Assembly (NCBI RefSeq): GCF_018350175.1
Contig: NC_058383.1
Span: 2,232,001 to 2,296,000, forward strand
Direction: 5' to 3'
Length of the DNA: 64,000 nucleotides
From: Felis catus
Lineage: Eukaryota
Shown here: positions 61,543-64,000 of the stretch, piece by piece
Numbering within the stretch: position 1 is the stretch's first letter
How the letters are laid out: every line of letters starts with the position of its first letter
Notes under the pieces: model-generated
Databases searched by the model: none
What the model saw: the letters and a program-made list of their open reading frames with translations, nothing else
Told to the model about the DNA's origin: nothing
Program-made: the position numbers and the translations under genes

Positions 61543-62701
61543 GTACGAGGTGGGGGGGCTGCGTACCCTGGGGCGCCGGGCCCGCAGCGGGTGGGCATCG
61601 TGGAGCCAGCCGCGCCCCGCTGGGGAGCCGGAGTCTGAGTCTCGCACAAGGCAGGGTGTCTGGGCTCCGGGCCGGGCAGGGAGGCCCCCGCTGGGACCGG
61701 GCTCTCCGCCCGCCCAGCTCAGACACCGCTCTGGAAGCCAGGGACCGTGGGGCCTTTGCGGCCGCGTCGTCCCTCCCCTGTTGCGCACGGGGTGTGCAGC
61801 CCCAGGCGCTGTGCCGAGGCCCTCCAGAGACTGCGTTCCTCCCAGCCCGCCTGCCCTGTGTCCGAGGCCAGGAAACCGGCCCCGGGAGGTCACCTGACCT
61901 GCCGCGGACGCCGAGCTGGCGATGGGCACAGGTGGGGTTTGAACGCAGGCTTAGTTGACCCCGAGGCCGTGCTGGGGAGGCCGGCCGGGCCTGGCGAGGG
62001 TAAGCGTTCTCCGCGAGGCCTGCTGGGCAAGGGCTGGGGCGGACGAGGGGCCTTGGCCGGCTGTCCACGCGGTGAGGGCAGAGAGGGTGGCGCCTGGCTT
62101 TGCGGAGGACCGACCACCAGGCCCGAGCAGAGCTGAGGGGGCCAGAGGCCTGCGGCCACCCTCGTTCTCCAACCCCTTGCGGCCCGTCCGCCGTCCCTGG
62201 CTCGAGCTGTGTCCGGCAAACAGCGCCCGAACCATCCGCTTCGTTCTGTCCCCTGCCAGCAGCTCACCGGGGCCAGCGAAACCCTCAGGAGCAGACGCGT
62301 GGGCGCTCGTTAATGTGCGTTTTGGGGGTTTCCAGCCAGACGCCCGCCCCGGGCCCCTGCAGCCGGCCCTCGCTCGGTGTGCGTCTGTCCTCCTGCGGCA
62401 GTCTGGTGTGGCTGCCCCGGGGCCTCCTGCCCGCACGCCTCCCGTGTCGCGCTCTGCTCCTGCCATCCGGCCAGCCTCAGCCTCGGGGACTCTGGGCGCC
62501 GGCCGGGGCCCCCCTGCCCCTCCCTGAGGGGCTCCCCACCTTCCAGACCTCTCTCATCGGGGCGTTGCCCTTTCTTGCGGCTTTCTCCTTTCCGTGAAGG
62601 CAGGTCCACGGTGGCCTCCTGCGCCCGGTGGCCGCGGCTGGCGGGGGGGCGGGGCGCAGGCGGGTGGGGGCGGGGCGGCTGACGGGCCGTCCCGCCCCCA
62701 G

Positions 62702-62869
62702 ATCTGAGCGAGGGCCCGGCGGGTGGCGCTCTGCTGGAGTACCTGCGCGACTGCACGGAGGCCTTCTTCCTGGGCTTGCAGGTCCGGTGCCTGCCCTCGG
62801 TGGCGGCCGCGTCCATACACTGCTCCTCACGTCCCAGCCAGGACTCCGACAGGCTCCAGCTCCACACGG
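62702..62869 (+). CDS. AMZ1: AMZ1 second coding exon (DLSEGPAGGALLEYLRDCTEAFFLGLQVRCLPSVAAASIHCSSRPSQDSDRLQLHT); gene continues beyond the window
   Basis: ccccag|AT CTG ... ACG G|gtgggt; 168 nt, phase consistent. Confidence 0.95.
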
Positions 62870-63499
62870 GTGGGTGATGGGCGCGGGGGGGGGGGAGGGC
62901 GCGGGCCCTTTCCACGAGGCAGAAGGCGGGTGGAAGGAATCCTCGCCCCGTTTCTTTGAGGGGGGGAACCTCTATTCCCCAGGCTTTTGAAGAGCAGGGC
63001 TAAAACCAGCCTCCTTCCCCGTCTGGAGGCCAGACGACCCTCCCAGCGTGCGCTGGAGACCCCAGGGCATGACGGGTGGGGGAGGCAAGCCCTTCTCGGG
63101 CGCCTGCCGCCTTGTAAGGCACCCCTGTAGACTTTTGTCCTGCACGTGTCCAGCCCCCACCAGCCCCCAGGTCACTGGCAGCTGGAGAGCGGGCGGGTCG
63201 CGGGGCACAGATGGGCCTTAGGCGCTCAGATGTGCGGGGCACCCGGACTCCGGTCTAGGGAGGCCCCAGGAGCAGGCTGGGCACTTTGGATGGCGCTGGG
63301 GCTGGAGGGCCCAGTGTCTCAGCCGTGGTGGGAAACCCCTCCGGCCCCTCCTCCGGCTCCACGCAGGGCCCCCCTGCTCCGCCTCTGTGCCTTTTCTCTC
63401 CTTGGGCTGTGAAGCCCGTACATCGAGTTCCTAATTTTAGTTCTCCCCTTTCCATTTCTGCCGTTTCTGGTGGGTTCTTTCTCAAATCGGCAATATATA

Positions 63500-63713
63500 T
63501 ATTTTTTTAACGTTTCTTATTTTTATTTTTTGAGAGAACAGGTGCGCACCAGTGGGGGAGGGGCAGAGAGAGGGGGACAGAGGATCTGAAGTGGGCTCTA
63601 CACTGACAGGCTGCCCACCCCGAGCCCCACGCGGGGCTCGAACTCACGAACCGTGAGATCATGACCTGAGCCGACGTCAGACGCTCAACCGAGGGAGCCA
63701 CCCAGGTGCCCCC
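63500..63713 (-). mobile_element. Can-SINE
   Basis: Reverse SINE ending ...gagccacccaggtgcccc. Confidence 0.9.
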
Positions 63714-64000
63714 AGCAGTGTCACTTCTTAAAAATACCAGTTTCCCGCTAAGATTTAAGTTCGGTATGGATGGCCACAAACACAGGTGCTTTTCGGTTCC
63801 GCCGTCTGGCGCGTGCTGGTGGCCTACTCGTGGTCTTTCTGTTCATTCTGTCTTGGTATTTTCTCTCGTTAGCTGGACATACTACTTGGAAACTTAGTTT
63901 ACCTTTTTGGAGATCTAGTGGCCTGGGGTGATGTGATTCGTGCTGGGTTCGTGCCGGGGGCGGGGCTCGCTTTTCCTCTGCCAGGCCCCTGTGGGTACAC

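Overview
Mammalian, GC-rich genomic DNA from a felid (about 17 Can-SINE/SINEC_Fc copies and a carnivore-type L1), not microbial. It holds three recognisable spliced genes. IQCE is on the minus strand (coding exons 1-8; the gene runs off the left edge). BRAT1 is on the plus strand, head-to-head with IQCE, and complete (13 coding exons, about 823 aa, ending EADCY). AMZ1/archaemetzincin-1 is on the plus strand (first two coding exons; it runs off the right edge). I reconstructed the exons by hand from GT-AG sites and by recalled similarity to the human proteins. The most notable anomaly is an apparent 1-nt deletion in a G6 run in IQCE exon 5, which frameshifts the gene into a premature stop; it is either a homopolymer assembly error or a real loss-of-function allele. 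Other points of interest are RFX X-boxes at the IQCE promoter and at a putative distal AMZ1 promoter, an overlapping uORF on AMZ1, an ~880-nt G/T-only repeat, nested young SINEs, and GC-shifted old L1 relics. I found no evidence of a genuinely new multi-gene system. Almost all long ORFs in the six-frame track are GC-rich or repeat artefacts.
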